NCBI GenBank assembly: GCA_036513815.1
Contig: DATBYI010000679.1
Span: 1 to 40,604, forward strand
Direction of reading: 5' to 3'
Source of the DNA: Solirubrobacteraceae bacterium
GTDB lineage: Bacteria > Actinomycetota > Thermoleophilia > Solirubrobacterales > Solirubrobacteraceae
Length of the DNA: 40,604 nucleotides
How positions within the stretch are numbered: the stretch's first letter is position 1; every line of letters starts with the position of its first letter. The notes under the pieces are model-generated. The model saw only the letters and a program-made list of their open reading frames with translations, did not search any database and was not told the DNA's origin. Positions 37,518-40,604 of this stretch are shown here, in pieces. Position numbers and translations under genes: made by a program.

Positions 37518-39245
37518 GTGGGCACTGATAGGCAGCCGGCTGACAGCTACGACGTGGCGATCCTCGGCGGCGGCCTGGCCGGGTTGACTCTCGGGATCCA
37601 GCTCAAGCAAGCGCGTCCCGAGACGAGCGTCTTCATCGCCGAGAAGCGCAAGGGCCCGGCGCCGGAAGCGGCGTTCAAGGTGGGGGAGTCGACGGTCGAG
37701 GTGTCCGCTCACTACTTCGCCGACGTGGTCGGGGCCAGGGAGCACATGGAGAAGGACGAGCTCGAGAAGTTCGGGCTCCGGTGGTGGTTCCCAGCGGCCG
37801 GGAATACGTCTATCGCGGAGCGGATCGAGCGCGGGATCAACAGGCCGCTGCCCGAGCCGAGTTTCCAGCTCGACCGGGGGCGGTTCGAGAACTACCTCGG
37901 CGATCGCGCTGTTGAGGTAGGCGTCGACCGGTTTGGCGACTGCCGCGTGCAGGAGGTGGAGATCGGCGACCCGCACGTGATCCGGGTTACTTTTGAGGGC
38001 GAAGATCGTGAGATTCGTGCGCGGTGGGTGGTCGACGCTGCCGGTCGGTCGTTCATCTTGAAGCGGAAGCTGGACTTGTTGGAAGACAACGGCCACGTGG
38101 TGAACTCGGCCTGGTTCCGGCTCGACGGCGGGCTCGACATCGAGTCGTGGGCCGACTCCGACGACGAGGAGTTCTTCGGGCGGATGTCCGAGCGCGGCCT
38201 GCGCAAGTACTCGACGAACCACCTGTGCGGTCAGGGCTATTGGGTATGGATGATCCCGCTGTCCTCGGGCCCGATCTCGATCGGGATCGTCGCTGATCCC
38301 CGGTTCCATCCGTACGAGGAAATGAAGACGCTCGATGGCGCCCTGGACTGGATCCGGCGGCACGAGCCCCAGCTGGGTGAGTCACTCGATGGCCGGCTCG
38401 ACCAGGTCGAGGACTTCCTGAAGGTCTCGGACTTCTCCTACGGGTGCAAGCAGTGCTTCAACGGGGCCGACCACTGGTCACTGGTCGGGGAAGCGGGTGC
38501 CTTCCTCGACCCGTTCTACTCGCCGGGGTCTGACTTCATCGCGATCTCCAACACGTTGTCGACCGATCTGATCACGCGTTTCCTTGATGGTGAGGACGTT
38601 ACTTCGCGCGCCCAGGCATTTGATGATCTGTACCTGAGCACGTATCGGGTGAACCTGACCCAGTACGAAGGTCAGTACGAGTTCTGGCACAACGCGATGG
38701 TGATGACGGTCAAGATCTGCGCCAACAACATCCTCTACTGGGGCACCGAGTGTCTGTTGTTCTTCCACGACAAATACGACGACGTCGAGTTCATGGCCTC
38801 GGTGCGGCCGGACCTGGAGCGGATCTGGGCGATCACCCGGCGCCTGGAGGCGATGTATCGCGAGTGGAACGCGTTGGAGGAACGCGAGTGGCGGCGAGCG
38901 ATCGTCCCGACTCAGAACTTCCCCGGCATGTTCCAGCGTCACGTCGACATGGCCGGGGGGTTCGACGACGACGGCGTGCGCGCACGGCTTGCCTCGACGG
39001 TTGAGCTCATGGAGGCGTTCGCCGTGCTCGCGTTCAGTCGGGCGGCCCAGAATCTGGGTGAGGCGGCGCCGGGCGAGGACGAGAAGATCAACCCGTACGC
39101 GGTTTCCCTGAATCCCGACCGCTGGGAGGCCGACGGGCTGTTCGACGGCACCGGCCTGTCGCTGGCGGAGGCGCGGGAGAGCGAGGCGGCGGGTCTCCAG
39201 AACCTGTACCTCGAGGCGGTGGCGACGCCGGCGCCGGTGTCGTAG
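37518..39245 (+). CDS. Flavin-dependent halogenase 3 (close paralogue of halogenase 1)
   Basis: LGGGLAG, KVGES, EKFGLRW, LDRGRFE, WVWMIP and FLDPFYSPG; SD AAGGAG before GTG. Confidence 0.85.
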   Translation: MGTDRQPADSYDVAILGGGLAGLTLGIQLKQARPETSVFIAEKRKGPAPEAAFKVGESTVEVSAHYFADVVGAREHMEKDELEKFGLRWWFPAAGNTSIAERIERGINRPLPEPSFQLDRGRFENYLGDRAVEVGVDRFGDCRVQEVEIGDPHVIRVTFEGEDREIRARWVVDAAGRSFILKRKLDLLEDNGHVVNSAWFRLDGGLDIESWADSDDEEFFGRMSERGLRKYSTNHLCGQGYWVWMIPLSSGPISIGIVADPRFHPYEEMKTLDGALDWIRRHEPQLGESLDGRLDQVEDFLKVSDFSYGCKQCFNGADHWSLVGEAGAFLDPFYSPGSDFIAISNTLSTDLITRFLDGEDVTSRAQAFDDLYLSTYRVNLTQYEGQYEFWHNAMVMTVKICANNILYWGTECLLFFHDKYDDVEFMASVRPDLERIWAITRRLEAMYREWNALEEREWRRAIVPTQNFPGMFQRHVDMAGGFDDDGVRARLASTVELMEAFAVLAFSRAAQNLGEAAPGEDEKINPYAVSLNPDRWEADGLFDGTGLSLAEARESEAAGLQNLYLEAVATPAPVS

Positions 39246-39265
39246 CCCCGGGGCTCTTCGGGCTT

Positions 39266-40604
39266 TCAGGTTGAGTCGGTACGGGTGAGGGCCTTCACGA
39301 AGTCCTCGAGCTGGTCCGTGCGCCAGCACTCGAACGCCGTGCAGTGCTTCTCGTAGGCGGCGATCACGCTGTCGCCGTAGTTCCAGTAGAGGCGCGGTTC
39401 GGGGTTCAGCCAGAAGGTGCGTCCGGCCTTGGCCGTGATCGCGGCGAACACGTCTTCTCTTGGAGGGCGGCCGTTGGTCCGTGCGTCGCCGAGCACGATC
39501 ACGGTGGCGCGCGGGTGCAGCTCATCCTCGATCGTGTTGAGGAACTCGAGCCAGACGCGGCCGTAGTCGGTGTAACCGGAGATGTCGGCCACACCTGCGT
39601 CCCGGGAGATGGCCTCGCTGGCGGCGCGGAAGTCGCGCTCCTTTTCAAACACCTCGGTGACCTCCGAGATGCGTTCGATGAATACGAAGCTGCGCAGCTT
39701 GCGGAACGAGTCGTGGAGGGCGTGCAGGACGGATAGGAAGAACGTGGATGCGCTCGTGACGCTGGTGCTCACGTCACACAGAACGAAGATCTCGGGTCTT
39801 CTGGGTCGTTTTGGCCGGTACTTGAGTGCGATCGGCACGCCCCCGGTTTGAAGGCTGGCGCGCATGGTGCGCCGGAAGTCGACGTGGGCGTGGCGGTTAT
39901 GACCCTTGAGCTCGTGGCCCTGGGTGGCGAGGCGTCGCTTGAGCTGGGCGACGACCCTGTGCACCGCGGCGAGGTCCTGGATCGGGCCGGATGGGAGGGC
40001 GCGGTCGAGCTCGTTCAGCGGACGCTTGGGCGGGAGGCTCGAGGTGCGCTCGATCAGGTTGCGCTCGAGCTCGCGCCTCAGATGCTGCTCGAATTTTCGG
40101 AGCTGTTCTCTCGGGAGGCCTTCGTGTCTTGGATCGTCCTCTGGGAGGTCGGGTTGGGGCTCGGTCCGCAGGCCAAGCGCCCTCCTGATGCGCTGCACGT
40201 CGACGCCGAGAACTCCCGAGCCCTCGCCGCGGCCGAAAGCGGCGATGGCCAGTCGCGCCAGGTCCCTGAGCGCGTCGTCGGATCCGTCCCTGAGGGCGGC
40301 GGCAATCTGCGCTCTCAGCGTGTCGAGGTTGATCTCGCCCGGGTGCTGATTCGGGCCCTGAGCTTCGGTGATCTTCTTGCGCGCGGCCTGGGCCTCGGCG
40401 GCGCGGAAGAAGAAGCGGTCGAACACGAGGTCGAACACGCGCCGGTCGTCGCTCGACTTGGCAAGGGTGGCGGCGAGGCCTTCCTTGAAGTCCCGTTGCG
40501 CGGTCCAGTCGACGTGGTTCAGGGCCTCGAACGCGTCGAGGATCTCGGACGTGCCGATCGCGACGCCCTCGCTGCGTAGCTCTTCGGCGAAGGACAGGAG
40601 CTGG
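39266..40604 (-). CDS. CoxE-like VWA domain protein (5' end lies outside the window)
   Basis: MIDAS motif LCDVSTS, DFRRTMRAS, GYTDYG, LGDARTN and WLNPEP. The frame stays open from 40438 to the window end (..FAEELRSEGVAIGTSEILDA..). Confidence 0.88.
   Translation of the reverse strand, partial: QLLSFAEELRSEGVAIGTSEILDAFEALNHVDWTAQRDFKEGLAATLAKSSDDRRVFDLVFDRFFFRAAEAQAARKKITEAQGPNQHPGEINLDTLRAQIAAALRDGSDDALRDLARLAIAAFGRGEGSGVLGVDVQRIRRALGLRTEPQPDLPEDDPRHEGLPREQLRKFEQHLRRELERNLIERTSSLPPKRPLNELDRALPSGPIQDLAAVHRVVAQLKRRLATQGHELKGHNRHAHVDFRRTMRASLQTGGVPIALKYRPKRPRRPEIFVLCDVSTSVTSASTFFLSVLHALHDSFRKLRSFVFIERISEVTEVFEKERDFRAASEAISRDAGVADISGYTDYGRVWLEFLNTIEDELHPRATVIVLGDARTNGRPPREDVFAAITAKAGRTFWLNPEPRLYWNYGDSVIAAYEKHCTAFECWRTDQLEDFVKALTRTDST

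Overview
High-GC actinobacterial DNA; gene style and the prs/CoxE-like neighbours suggest Thermoleophilia/Solirubrobacterales (inference only). No rRNA, tRNA, CRISPR array or transposase is visible. The window has two gene blocks separated by a repeat-rich spacer. (1) 1-14771 is a dense signalling island: two divergent Ser/Thr kinases, three FHA proteins, two class III nucleotide cyclases, a PNPOx-cNMP fusion, a STAS-ClpN fusion, a NarL-type two-component pair, an unknown flavoprotein with a partner membrane protein, a GH15 hydrolase and a flavin reductase. (2) 14772-15380 is a spacer with three unrelated repeat types. (3) About 15381-39245 is a probable halogenated natural-product gene cluster that I do not recognise as a described pathway. 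Its core is a tightly coupled minus-strand operon: trpF-like, trpC-like, adenylation enzyme, carrier protein, trpD-like, trpA, solitary ectC-like and prolyl-carrier dehydrogenase-like, with no trpB or trpE/G in the window. Around it lie three flavin-dependent halogenases, three secreted beta-propeller (lactonase-like) paralogues, a PRPP synthetase, a peroxiredoxin-like protein, a cNMP-patatin and a CPA2 antiporter with an unusual duplicated extracellular domain. A partial CoxE-like VWA gene closes the window. All calls come from reading motifs by eye; no database search was run.
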